Origin: Candidatus Thorarchaeota archaeon
Lineage (GTDB): Archaea; Asgardarchaeota; Thorarchaeia; Thorarchaeales; Thorarchaeaceae
Assembly: GCA_003345545.1 (NCBI GenBank)
Contig: PRDH01000012.1
Location: 19,129 to 51,128, forward strand
DNA: 32,000 nt
Direction of reading: 5' to 3'
Shown here one piece after another: positions 23,800 through 31,554 of the stretch (positions within the stretch are counted from its first letter, which is position 1; the number at the start of each line of letters is the position of its first letter). The translations under genes were made by a program, and so were the position numbers. The notes beneath the pieces were generated by a model. That model searched no databases. It was not told the DNA's origin and worked only from the letters and a program-made list of their open reading frames with translations.

Positions 23800-25320
23800 A
23801 TGCCTAGCACATTTCTCAAAGCTCTTTCCCCGTTTGTCAGGATACTGCCTGAAGTAAAGGTGCCTGACAGAAAGGTTTCTTTTCGAGAGAAGATTGTTTG
23901 GACTGCTATCGTGCTCATTATCTTCCTTATCATGTCACACATGCCATTGTACGGCGTGGACAGGACAGTAGGGACAGATTATCTTTGGGCAATGCGAGTC
24001 ATTCTCGCATCTACTAGAGGCACATTGATGGAGCTGGGAATAGGGCCAATTGTCACTGCAGGTCTGGTCATGCAGCTATTGTCTGGTTCCAAGATTATTA
24101 GTGTGGACTTTGGAAACCCAGAGGACCGAGCGCTCTTCACTGGTGGTCAGAAGGTACTGGCTCTGTTCATGACAGCCTTTCAGTCCATTGCATACATCGC
24201 AGGCAATGCATATGGTGTTCTAGAGCCAGTAGCAGCGCTTCTAGTGTTCCTCCAACTCTTAATTTCAGGAATCATCGTGATCCTCATGGATGAGCTTGTG
24301 CAGAAGGGATGGGGTCTTGGGTCAGGCGTATCCCTCTTCATCATGACCAATGTCGCAGGACAGGTTCTCTGGAACATGCTTGATTTCACACAGGTAGAGG
24401 GCCCAGGTCCGACAGGCTATGCCGGAGTTGACCCAGCAAATCCAACGGATACCGGACTTCCAAACGGTATCATCGCAGCAATACTCTCGAACATCTTGAG
24501 AGCATTTGGAATCGGTACAGCCGCGGGACCTGCTGTAGATGCGGGATGGCTGTTCTTACGTAATGGATTCACTCCAAGCCTCTTCTCAATGCTCATCACA
24601 TTCAGCATCTTCGGCGCGGTCATCTATCTAGAGTCTGTCCGTGTTGAGATACCCCTCCAATATGCGAAGTATCGGGGCATGAAGGCACGGTATCCAATCA
24701 AGCTCCTCTATACATCGAACATTCCAGTCATTCTTGCACAGGCACTCTATGCAAATGTGCTGTTCTTCGGGCAGATGATCTGGAGCGCCTTCAATAGCGA
24801 CAATAGCAATCCATTCCTAAGCTGGATAGGTGTCTTCCATAAGGATGCGGAATCAGGGAGAATGATAGCAGACGGGGGTCTTGCAAGGTACATCACGCCG
24901 CCTCAGGGACTGTTCAGCCTAAGAGGGGAAGCTGACTGGCTGCCTCATGTTGTCATCTACTTCGTCCTCATGATCCTCCTATGTTGGGGCTTCTCCAAGG
25001 TGTGGGTGGACATCTCAGGTATAGCGCCACGTGATGTCTCTCGACAATTGCTCAATTCGGGCTACATGGTCCCTGGTTTCAGGACCAGCGAGAAGGTCAT
25101 GGAGCGGCTACTTGAACGCTACATCCCAGTTGTCGCAGGTCTTGGAGGGTTCCTGATAGGAGTGCTTGCTGCGACAGCAGATGTCATGGGTGCCCTGGCC
25201 AGCGGTACTGGTATCTTGCTGATGGTTTCAATCATCAAGCAGTACTGGGAGAAGATAGCGAAAGAGCAGCTTGCAGGCATGGGCGGCGAAGGCGTCGCTG
25301 GGCTTCTTGGAATATTGTAG
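23800..25320 (+). CDS. secY: Preprotein translocase subunit SecY (Sec61-alpha-like)
   Basis: 506 aa with multiple TM segments. Sequence: VSFREKIVWT...GTLMELGIGPIVTAGLVMQLL...LYTSNIPVILAQAL...SGIAPRDVSRQL...ASGTGILLMVSIIKQYWE. Confidence 0.95.
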   Translation: MPSTFLKALSPFVRILPEVKVPDRKVSFREKIVWTAIVLIIFLIMSHMPLYGVDRTVGTDYLWAMRVILASTRGTLMELGIGPIVTAGLVMQLLSGSKIISVDFGNPEDRALFTGGQKVLALFMTAFQSIAYIAGNAYGVLEPVAALLVFLQLLISGIIVILMDELVQKGWGLGSGVSLFIMTNVAGQVLWNMLDFTQVEGPGPTGYAGVDPANPTDTGLPNGIIAAILSNILRAFGIGTAAGPAVDAGWLFLRNGFTPSLFSMLITFSIFGAVIYLESVRVEIPLQYAKYRGMKARYPIKLLYTSNIPVILAQALYANVLFFGQMIWSAFNSDNSNPFLSWIGVFHKDAESGRMIADGGLARYITPPQGLFSLRGEADWLPHVVIYFVLMILLCWGFSKVWVDISGIAPRDVSRQLLNSGYMVPGFRTSEKVMERLLERYIPVVAGLGGFLIGVLAATADVMGALASGTGILLMVSIIKQYWEKIAKEQLAGMGGEGVAGLLGIL

Positions 25321-25326
25321 AATGGC

Positions 25327-25346
25327 GAGGGGCCTTCGAGCCCCTC
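25327..25346 (+). terminator. GC-rich hairpin (7-bp stem gaggggc/gcccctc, 6-nt loop) followed by a pyrimidine/T-rich tract
   Basis: It starts 7 nt after the secY stop and is followed by tattctctctatt. This is a plausible end of the secY transcript. Confidence 0.45.
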
Positions 25347-25380
25347 TATTCTCTCTATTGATGCCTTTCATACCACGGTG

Positions 25381-25388
25381 TATTTATG
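25381..25388 (+). promoter_or_regulatory. TATA box tatttatg upstream of the deacylase-like gene
   Basis: It lies about 40 nt upstream of ATG 25425, with the SD gagagg at 25411-25416. The ORF-track start (25386) lies inside this TATA element, which argues against that start. Confidence 0.4.
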
Positions 25389-25424
25389 GGAGCCTCCGTT
25401 CCTGTTCACAGAGAGGTTTCAACA

Positions 25425-26465
25425 ATGCCAGAGAGAGTCACTGTCGGGAATGCAACCGCGAGTAGAGGAGAACTGCAGAAGGGTGTCATCAAGGGAATTG
25501 AGCTGAATACAACCACTCCTATTGATATTCCAGTCTTAGTGATGAATGGAGCGAAGGATGGCCCCACACTGCTTATGGTGTCGACACAACACGGTATAGA
25601 GATACAGGGGATTGAGGTCATTCTCAAGATAATGAGAGAGAAGGTCAATCCCAAGGAGCTTCGAGGAGCCATCATTGGCATCCCAGTGGAGAACCCACTC
25701 GCCTTCATGCATCACCAGTATCTCTCATGGATTGACAACTTGGACCTAGGTGGTGGTGGAAGTGCCAGCCCTCTGACAGCAGACCAGCCTCATGGGGCAT
25801 CAACGGAACGCCTGGCGCATGCCCTCTGGAAGGAGGCATGGAGCAAGGCAGACATGGTCTTGAACATACACTGTAATGTGAGACCTGATTCGCTCTTCTT
25901 CACTGAGATCAATGTTGGCAATCCGTCGACCAGGGAGAGGCTAGAGCGGATGGCACGGGTGTTCGGTGTGACCAATGTAGTGGAGAACATCACTATCAAG
26001 AAGAATGCGCCAGATACCCTCACAAACTTGGCCGTAAAGAATGGAGTTCCGGATATCCTCATCGAACTCATTGATGGCCGATGGATATCAGAACCCTCTA
26101 CATCAGTTGGCGTCAGAGGCGTTCTCAACATCATGAAGGAGTTCGATATGATTGATGGTCCCATTGAGCCACAGAAGAGCGTTCCCATCATTCAAGGTGT
26201 GTGTACAGGTCATGGCATCGTGCGGGCAGACAGAGGTGGTCTCATCAGATTCAAGAAGACCCCCGGTGAGTTCATGAAGAAGGGCACCGTCTTTGCGGAG
26301 ATTTATGACCTGTATGGTGATGTCCTTGAAGAGGTGACATGTCCTGTTGATGGGTACATCTGGGCCTATCCCTGCGGCGACATCTTGGGTACGCCTGGCA
26401 GTCTTCAGGCTGTGCAGGCTGGAGCCAACATTGCCTATGCGTTCACATCAGACGAGCATCAATAG
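25425..26465 (+). CDS. Succinylglutamate desuccinylase/aspartoacylase (AstE/AspA, M14-like) family protein
   Basis: Sequence: GAKDGPTLLMVSTQHGIEIQGIEV...LRGAIIGIPVENPLAF...GASTERLAHALWKE...ADMVLNIHC (H-x-x-E and distal His zinc-ligand pattern). The C-terminal beta domain is GTVFAEIYDLYGD...PVDGYIW. The usual DLNR motif is not evident. The ORF track gives 25386..26465. Confidence 0.7.
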   Translation: MPERVTVGNATASRGELQKGVIKGIELNTTTPIDIPVLVMNGAKDGPTLLMVSTQHGIEIQGIEVILKIMREKVNPKELRGAIIGIPVENPLAFMHHQYLSWIDNLDLGGGGSASPLTADQPHGASTERLAHALWKEAWSKADMVLNIHCNVRPDSLFFTEINVGNPSTRERLERMARVFGVTNVVENITIKKNAPDTLTNLAVKNGVPDILIELIDGRWISEPSTSVGVRGVLNIMKEFDMIDGPIEPQKSVPIIQGVCTGHGIVRADRGGLIRFKKTPGEFMKKGTVFAEIYDLYGDVLEEVTCPVDGYIWAYPCGDILGTPGSLQAVQAGANIAYAFTSDEHQ

Positions 26466-26741
26466 TATAGCACTTAGTGAGGAAGGGGAGGAGCTGGGGA
26501 CATATGACCTACCGCAAGATTGGTTTGTGAATCAGCAGAAGAGAGATGGGAGTTGGTTTCTGTATCTCCTCAAAAGAGCTGGGTACAAATGCCACGGTTT
26601 CTGGATTGCTCTTGTCATAAGCAGAATGCTCAAACGTTTCTTTGGATAGTTCATACCTACGCAGTTCATGTGCATAGAAGGAATTATAACCACCTCATTC
26701 GCCCAAGCGGTCAGACTTAGGAGCAAAGGTGATTCTGCCCA

Positions 26742-27332
26742 ATGAAAGAGTCAAGGAACATAGTCATTGTGACCGGCATTCCGGGTGTCGGAAAGACAAC
26801 TGTGATCAACACAGCCGTAGATATTGTCAAGCAGAAGCACGGAGAAGATGTGCTTGTCTTGAACTTTGGGACTGAGATGTTCGAAGTTGCCTCTAAAGCG
26901 GGGCAAGTCAAGGACCGCGATGAGATGAGAAAGATGCCCACTGCACAGCAACGCGAGAACCAGAGGCTCGCAGGACAATCAATAGCTAAGAAAGCCCGAA
27001 AGGCCAGGGTGATTGTGGACACCCATACCCTCATCCAGACCAACAATGGATACCTGATTGGGCTTCCTGAATGGGTAGTGCGAGAGATTCAACCGAAGAC
27101 CGTCGTGCTGGTAGAGGCGGACTCCGAGAAGATTGCCAGCCGCAGAAACAACGACCCGTCCCGTGCCCGTGATGCTCAGGCTGTCAGTGACATTCAGATT
27201 CATCAGGAGATGTGTAGAGCAGCAGCAGTATCTGTAGGAACTCTGACCGGAGCCACGGTGCGGAGAATCATAAACCACGAGGGCAAAGTTGAAGAAGCTG
27301 CCGTCGAACTGGCTCAGACAATAATGGAGTAG
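26742..27332 (+). CDS. adkA: Adenylate kinase, archaeal type (AdkA)
   Basis: 196 aa. Sequence: IVIVTGIPGVGKTTV...DRDEMRK...VIVDTHTLIQTNNGYLIGLP...RRNND.SRARD. It lies in the canonical region downstream of secY. Confidence 0.9.
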   Translation: MKESRNIVIVTGIPGVGKTTVINTAVDIVKQKHGEDVLVLNFGTEMFEVASKAGQVKDRDEMRKMPTAQQRENQRLAGQSIAKKARKARVIVDTHTLIQTNNGYLIGLPEWVVREIQPKTVVLVEADSEKIASRRNNDPSRARDAQAVSDIQIHQEMCRAAAVSVGTLTGATVRRIINHEGKVEEAAVELAQTIME

Positions 27333-27339
27333 AGGCTCG

Positions 27340-27912
27340 TTGCAGGATCTCTTCACCGACTTTGCCATATGGTTTGCAACAACATTTCAGTTGTTCCAGT
27401 CACCGCCCTTTTCTGGGCTATTCATCATGCTCGTTTCAGTCGCTGTGTCATCACTGAGTAACCTTGCCATGAGACGATTCTCTGACATGCGAAGGCTGCA
27501 ACGCCAGCAATTGGAGGTCAAGCAGTATCAGGAGATGGAGAAAGAGGCGAAGAGAACACAGAATGAGAAGCTTCTCAAGAAGGTACGAAGAAGAAAGGCC
27601 TATATCAACCGAATTCAACGGGAGCAGATGAGCTCTCGGTGCAAACCATCGCTGATATTCCTGATTCCTTTCATGGTGATATTCACTCTCCTTAGGGCCT
27701 TCTATATCGTTGATGGAAGTGAAGTCATTGTTGCAGTCATACCCTTCAATCTTCAGAAGGTCCTGCCATTCATTGTGGGGATGGGTGGCCGAGCGACAGA
27801 GGCGGGTTTTGGCCTTACGTTCTATATGTTCTACTTCGTAGTAGGGCTTGGTCTCTCAAGCATCCTTCAACGAATCATGGGTACCCAGGTCATGGCACCA
27901 CCGATGAGATGA
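27340..27912 (+). CDS. DUF106-family membrane protein (archaeal Oxa1/YidC/EMC3-like insertase candidate)
   Basis: 190 aa, TTG start. A TM1 segment is followed by a basic coiled-coil hairpin (RRLQRQQLEVKQYQEMEKEAKRTQNEKLLKKVRRRKAYINRIQREQM) and two further TM segments. It occupies the conserved position between adk and rpl34e. Confidence 0.75.
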   Translation: MQDLFTDFAIWFATTFQLFQSPPFSGLFIMLVSVAVSSLSNLAMRRFSDMRRLQRQQLEVKQYQEMEKEAKRTQNEKLLKKVRRRKAYINRIQREQMSSRCKPSLIFLIPFMVIFTLLRAFYIVDGSEVIVAVIPFNLQKVLPFIVGMGGRATEAGFGLTFYMFYFVVGLGLSSILQRIMGTQVMAPPMR

Positions 27913-27990
27913 TGAATCAACGACCCACCGCTTTGCTTAAAAGAGAACAACCACCGGGCTCAAGGGAAAATAGAGGAATGGTGTTGAGAT

Positions 27991-28257
27991 ATGGCAAGGC
28001 CCGGTCAACTCACTAGAGGAAAAGCAAATCGTTTGGTAAAGACGCCTGGCGGCAAGAGTGTTGTACATAGGCAGAAGTTCTACAAGGCTGGAGGCGTCTG
28101 TCATTTGACTGGTTCTCAGCTGCAGCTTCCTAAGGCATCACTCTATGGATTGAGTAGAAGGTCTAGTCGGTCATCCAAGCGCCCTAACCGGCCATATGGC
28201 GGAGTCCTATCTTCAGCAGCTACACGCCGCGAGATAATCACAAAGGCGCGAGAGTAG
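27991..28257 (+). CDS. rpl34e: 50S ribosomal protein eL34
   Basis: 88 aa. Sequence: TRGKANRLVKTPGGKSVVHRQKFYKAG..C.LTG..L......SKRPNRPYGG.LS. Only one Cys remains where other archaeal eL34 proteins carry CxxC...CxxC. Confidence 0.88.
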   Translation: MARPGQLTRGKANRLVKTPGGKSVVHRQKFYKAGGVCHLTGSQLQLPKASLYGLSRRSSRSSKRPNRPYGGVLSSAATRREIITKARE

Positions 28258-28261
28258 AGCG

Positions 28262-28807
28262 ATGAAGCGAGTCATTACTATCGGTGGACTTCATGGTACA
28301 GGAAAGAGCTCTGTGGCTGATGCTGTAGCAAAGAGATTCAAGTTGAGGCGGATTTCCGCAGGAGCAACATTCCGTCAGTTGGCTAAGGAGAGAGGGCTCA
28401 CCCTAGAGGAGTTCTGCAGGGTGGCGGAGGGAGATGGAGAGATTGACAAGCTCATCGATGGCGCTCAGAGGAGGGAGGCGGAGAATGGCAATGCTGTCAT
28501 TGATGGACAGCTTGCAGCATGGATGGCGGGAGAGCATGCGGACCTGAAGATTCTCTTAACAGCACCTCTCGAAGTGAGAATCAAGAGAATTGCTGCCCGT
28601 GATGGAACGGACTTTGAGTTTGCCCGGCGTGAAACCATCCATCGAGAGGGTAGCGAGAAGGCAAGATATCTCGAATATTACAAGGTAGATGTCACGGATC
28701 TGTCTGTCTATGACCTCATTCTGAACACGGGAAAATACCCTCTAGATGGCGTCAGCAAAATAGTAATTGCGGCTGTTGAAACATACTTTAGGCTAGCAGC
28801 ACAATGA
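28262..28807 (+). CDS. cmk: Cytidylate kinase, archaeal type
   Basis: 181 aa. Sequence: ITIGGLHGTGKSSVADAVAKRFKLRRISAGATFRQLAKERGLTLEEF...IDGQLAAWM...LTAPLEVRIKRIAARDG. Confidence 0.9.
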   Translation: MKRVITIGGLHGTGKSSVADAVAKRFKLRRISAGATFRQLAKERGLTLEEFCRVAEGDGEIDKLIDGAQRREAENGNAVIDGQLAAWMAGEHADLKILLTAPLEVRIKRIAARDGTDFEFARRETIHREGSEKARYLEYYKVDVTDLSVYDLILNTGKYPLDGVSKIVIAAVETYFRLAAQ

Positions 28808-28927
28808 GCATTCTGTGGGCCTAGCGGAAGGCTCTTATTGTTAACGAAATTTCGTGTTGTCATTCTCCCAGTCCAGATGGATGATACGCCGAGGTGACTT
28901 GGTTGCAGACTATGGACACGGCGAGGT

Positions 28928-29218
28928 GTGACTGATATGAAGCTGTACGATATTGGTAGAATCTGTGTAAAAGTGCTAGGCCGTGAAACCGGGAGCCACT
29001 GCGTCATCGTTGAAGTTAAGGATAACAACTATGTTGTTGTCACCGGCCCCAAAGACATTAGCGGTGTCAGACGAAGAAACTGCAATGTCAGACACCTTGA
29101 ACCATTAGAAACCGTTCTTCCAATCTCAAAAGGTGCCGATGACGAAGCTGTTGCAAAAGCGATTGCTGATGCAGGACTTACTGAGAAGTTTCGAGAGAAG
29201 ATTCGGATTGGAATCTAG
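28928..29218 (+). CDS. rpl14e: 50S ribosomal protein eL14
   Basis: KOW-like: IGRICVKVLGRETGSHCVIVEV.DNNYVVVTGPK.ISGVRRRNCNVRHLEP. The likely true start is ATG 28937, with gaggtg 7 nt upstream. The ORF track uses GTG 28928. Confidence 0.9.
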   Translation: MTDMKLYDIGRICVKVLGRETGSHCVIVEVKDNNYVVVTGPKDISGVRRRNCNVRHLEPLETVLPISKGADDEAVAKAIADAGLTEKFREKIRIGI

Positions 29219-29249
29219 ACGAATCAACTCGTAATAGGAGTGTCTGCGA

Positions 29250-30269
29250 ATGGTGGGCTTGCTGCCTTCAGACCAACCTCGTGAAGTGATTCAACGGGCA
29301 TCAGACACTACAAATCCGGAATACGGATTCCCCTCGCTTGATAATCTTCCAATCAAATACCTGCTTGAGAATGGAATCATAGTCCTTGACAAGCCAGCAG
29401 GACCGACCAGCCATGAGGTAGCAACATGGGTCAAGAAGATCCTCGAAGTAGACCGTGTCGGTCACGGAGGAACATTGGATCCCGGTGTGACCGGTATTCT
29501 TCCCACAGGCGTCGGCAATGCGACAAAGGCAATGCAGGCTCTCATCCCTGCTGGGAAGGAGTATGTCTGTGTCCTTGAACTCCATCACCCAACTCCAGAG
29601 GACGAGATACGGCGAGTGATCAGTGAGTTCGTAGGTAAGATCTACCAGAAACCTCCACTCAGGTCATCTGTGAAGCGAGTGACACGAGTTCGTGAGATAT
29701 ACTACAATGAGATTCTTGAGATCAGCGCAAGAATCGTTCTCTTTCGAGTTGGATGTCAAGCAGGAACCTACGTCAGAAAACTCTGTTTTGACATTGGCGA
29801 AGCGCTCGGTGTTGGAGGGCACATGAGAGAACTTCGTAGAACAAGGGTAGGAACATTCAGGGAGGACGAGCATTTATGCTCTCTATACGACCTCAAAGAC
29901 GCCTACATCTTCTGGAAGGAGAATGGTGAAGAGCAGCTCCTTCGCAGGTACCTGCTGCCAACAGAGTTCGCCTTGGGCCATTTGCCATTCATACAGATAC
30001 GAGACTCTGCTGTTGATGCAATATGCCACGGTGCTGATCTTGCTGCTACAGGAGTTGTCAGATTGAACACGGGCATCAAGAATGGAGACCTCTCACTCAT
30101 CAAGACCTTGAAGGGGGAAGCCGTTGCGCTTGCAAAGAGTAATGACACTAGTGAGAGGATTGCAAAGGCCAAGAGTGGAATAGTGGCTACTAGTGAGCGT
30201 GTCTTGATGGTCAGAGGGAGATATCCTCAGATGTGGAAGAAACACTCTGAGGATGAGCGAAACTTGTGA
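29250..30269 (+). CDS. cbf5: H/ACA RNP pseudouridine synthase Cbf5 (TruB family) with a PUA domain
   Basis: 339 aa. Sequence: GIIVLDKPAGPTSHEV..WVKKIL...VGHGGTLDPGVTGILP...KEYVCVLELH...YQKPPLRSSVKR. The C-terminal PUA domain is ...IRDSAVDAICHGADLAATGV. Confidence 0.95.
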   Translation: MVGLLPSDQPREVIQRASDTTNPEYGFPSLDNLPIKYLLENGIIVLDKPAGPTSHEVATWVKKILEVDRVGHGGTLDPGVTGILPTGVGNATKAMQALIPAGKEYVCVLELHHPTPEDEIRRVISEFVGKIYQKPPLRSSVKRVTRVREIYYNEILEISARIVLFRVGCQAGTYVRKLCFDIGEALGVGGHMRELRRTRVGTFREDEHLCSLYDLKDAYIFWKENGEEQLLRRYLLPTEFALGHLPFIQIRDSAVDAICHGADLAATGVVRLNTGIKNGDLSLIKTLKGEAVALAKSNDTSERIAKAKSGIVATSERVLMVRGRYPQMWKKHSEDERNL

Positions 30270-30280
30270 GATTAGCCATC

Positions 30281-30288
30281 TTTTTATG
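30281..30288 (+). promoter_or_regulatory. TATA box tttttatg for the RNase P RNA gene
   Basis: Its centre is about 22-25 nt upstream of the first base of the P1 helix (30307), which is typical archaeal TATA-to-start spacing. Confidence 0.5.
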
Positions 30289-30306
30289 AGTTGATTCATA
30301 GAGGAA

Positions 30307-30666
30307 GATGTAGCTCCGGAGCAGAAGCGCAACTGACGGTACTCATCCTTCGGGGTGAGAGCTGAGGAAACTCCCGACTCGTGTCGGCGTCAGTCCAACG
30401 AAAGAAGGGAGGCGAGAGCCTCGCTCTGGGAACAGAAACGACACCCCCGTTCGGGATGTGACAATGATACAGACTCGAATCTGTCGAGGACTCGTACGGA
30501 CAGGTTGAAACGGCCCATCACTGGTTGAGCAATTCCAAGAATACACTGTTGACGTGTCGACCTGAGGTGTAGGGTAGGAAGCTTAGTTTGATGTTGCAAG
30601 ATCCCAGGCAGGCAACTGTCTGGGGTGGAACAGAATCGGGGTCACTCTCTGGACCGGAGCTACATC
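30307..30666 (+). ncRNA. rnpB: RNase P RNA (archaeal type)
   Basis: A 13-bp terminal helix (P1) pairs gatgtagctccgg (30307-30319) with ccggagctacatc (30654-30666). A P3-like hairpin is ctcatcc-ttcg-gggtgag. A CR-I-like GAGGAAACTCCCGA is present, and CCCGA (about 30376-30380) pairs with TCGGG in ACAGAATCGGGG (CR-V-like, 30630-30641) to form P4. An internal ACAGAAA is also present. Total length is about 360 nt. The - strand ORFs here are spurious. Confidence 0.88.
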
Positions 30667-30673
30667 ATATCAA

Positions 30674-31255
30674 TCATCGATTTTGTAGTTCCATGTACTC
30701 TTTCTGTATTTCTATAACCTCCCTGCTTGTACTGCATTTTGAATATGCTTCCAAGAACTCGTGATTCAATGTTATGAAGGCCGACCCCCATTTGAAGATA
30801 GACATAATGTCTTCAGCCTCTTCCTTGAAACCAGCAATATAGAGCGCTGCAGCCACAGCCTCAGCAGTTGACAACTTGATTGGTTTGTAGGTGTTGACTG
30901 GATTCGCAGCGAGGAGGTAAGGTAATGCTCTCTGGATACCTGATTGCGAGCTCGCGAATATCTCTTCAGCCTTTTTCCACGAACAGTCAAGTGCGACAAG
31001 ACCTGAACGCAGAACAGGATTCCTGTCTGCCCCTGAAAAGGCGACCTCAGAGACCGGGTTGAGCACAACACTCCCAACAGATATCTGGTTCATGCTCTTG
31101 AGTATCTGAGCCCTCTTCATTCTGATGAGCCGTGTCCCAGTGCATTTCTTTGGATCACACTGATCAGCGTGATAGATGAGAACTCTCGGTCGTGCGGTCA
31201 CACTTGATTCACCAATCGTATCATCCAAAAGGGTAAAGGATTTCTGTGTTGTCAT
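30674..31255 (-). CDS. tsr3: rRNA aminocarboxypropyltransferase Tsr3 (DUF367 family)
   Basis: 193 aa from ATG 31255. Sequence: PRVLIYHADQCDPKKCTGTRLIR...LNPVSE...LVALDCSWKKAEEIF......RALPYLLAANPVNYxKP.KLSTAEAVAAALYIAGF. The ORF-track version (to 31462) adds 69 low-quality residues that overlap the divergent gene. Confidence 0.85.
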   Translation of the reverse strand: MTTQKSFTLLDDTIGESSVTARPRVLIYHADQCDPKKCTGTRLIRMKRAQILKSMNQISVGSVVLNPVSEVAFSGADRNPVLRSGLVALDCSWKKAEEIFASSQSGIQRALPYLLAANPVNTYKPIKLSTAEAVAAALYIAGFKEEAEDIMSIFKWGSAFITLNHEFLEAYSKCSTSREVIEIQKEYMELQNR

Positions 31256-31281
31256 AGGCCTAAACAAGAGGTAATGCTGAA

Positions 31282-31554
31282 GTGTACCATGTAGCTGCAT
31301 CCTCATGCGAGATCTGCGGTGAGGATGAGATGCATCTTGTCTCCTGCAAGATGTGTGGGGCATATGTCTGTCCTCAATGCGTGACCCACGATACTCAACT
31401 ATGTCTGAACTGTGTTGAAGCCAGATGCCAGATCTGTGGTGAGTACCTGGCCTCACGGGCATGCAATATCTGCGGCAGACTTGTCTGTGAGGACCATGGA
31501 ATGAAAGTGGATGAGTCTACAATATGTGATTACTGTCGGAAGAGAGAGGCATGA
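31282..31554 (+). CDS. Cys-rich zinc-finger protein (two tandem repeats, each with four Cys pairs)
   Basis: 90 aa. Sequence: CEICGEDEMHLVSCKMCGAYVCPQCVTHDTQLCLNCV / CQICGEYLASRACNICGRLVCEDHGMKVDESTICDYCR. GTG start at 31282 (alternative ATG at 31330). Its stop overlaps the tiaS start (ATGA). Confidence 0.6.
   Translation: MYHVAASSCEICGEDEMHLVSCKMCGAYVCPQCVTHDTQLCLNCVEARCQICGEYLASRACNICGRLVCEDHGMKVDESTICDYCRKREA

Noticed and set aside
26347-26649. ORF 26347-26649 reading out of the deacylase gene into the downstream spacer, and reverse ORF 26532-26726
   Set aside because: The first half overlaps the AstE/AspA-like CDS out of frame. The spacer portion has no canonical start with an SD, and I recognised no motif. 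The spacer itself is kept only as part of the deacylase-insertion finding (25321-26741).
28880-28936. Possible C/D-box sRNA (ggatgata ... ctga) with a direct repeat cgaggtga / cgaggtgtga upstream of rpl14e, next to cbf5
   Set aside because: The C-box candidate does not match RUGAUGA. I could identify no C'/D' pair or terminal stem. The repeats are better explained as SD-like sequences for the eL14 start.
30343-30599. Reverse-strand ORFs 30343-30546 and 30390-30599
   Set aside because: They fall entirely inside the RNase P RNA gene (P1 helix, CR-I/CR-V elements). Their Arg/Ser/Pro-rich translations look like noise from a structured GC-rich RNA.
31256-31462. A 69-codon N-terminal extension of the Tsr3 ORF (the ORF track gives 30674-31462)
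   Set aside because: The extension (MPVRPGTHHRSGIWLQHSS...) is His/Arg-rich, has no Tsr3 similarity, and overlaps the divergent Cys-rich gene. The conserved Tsr3 sequence begins at MTTQKS (ATG 31255).
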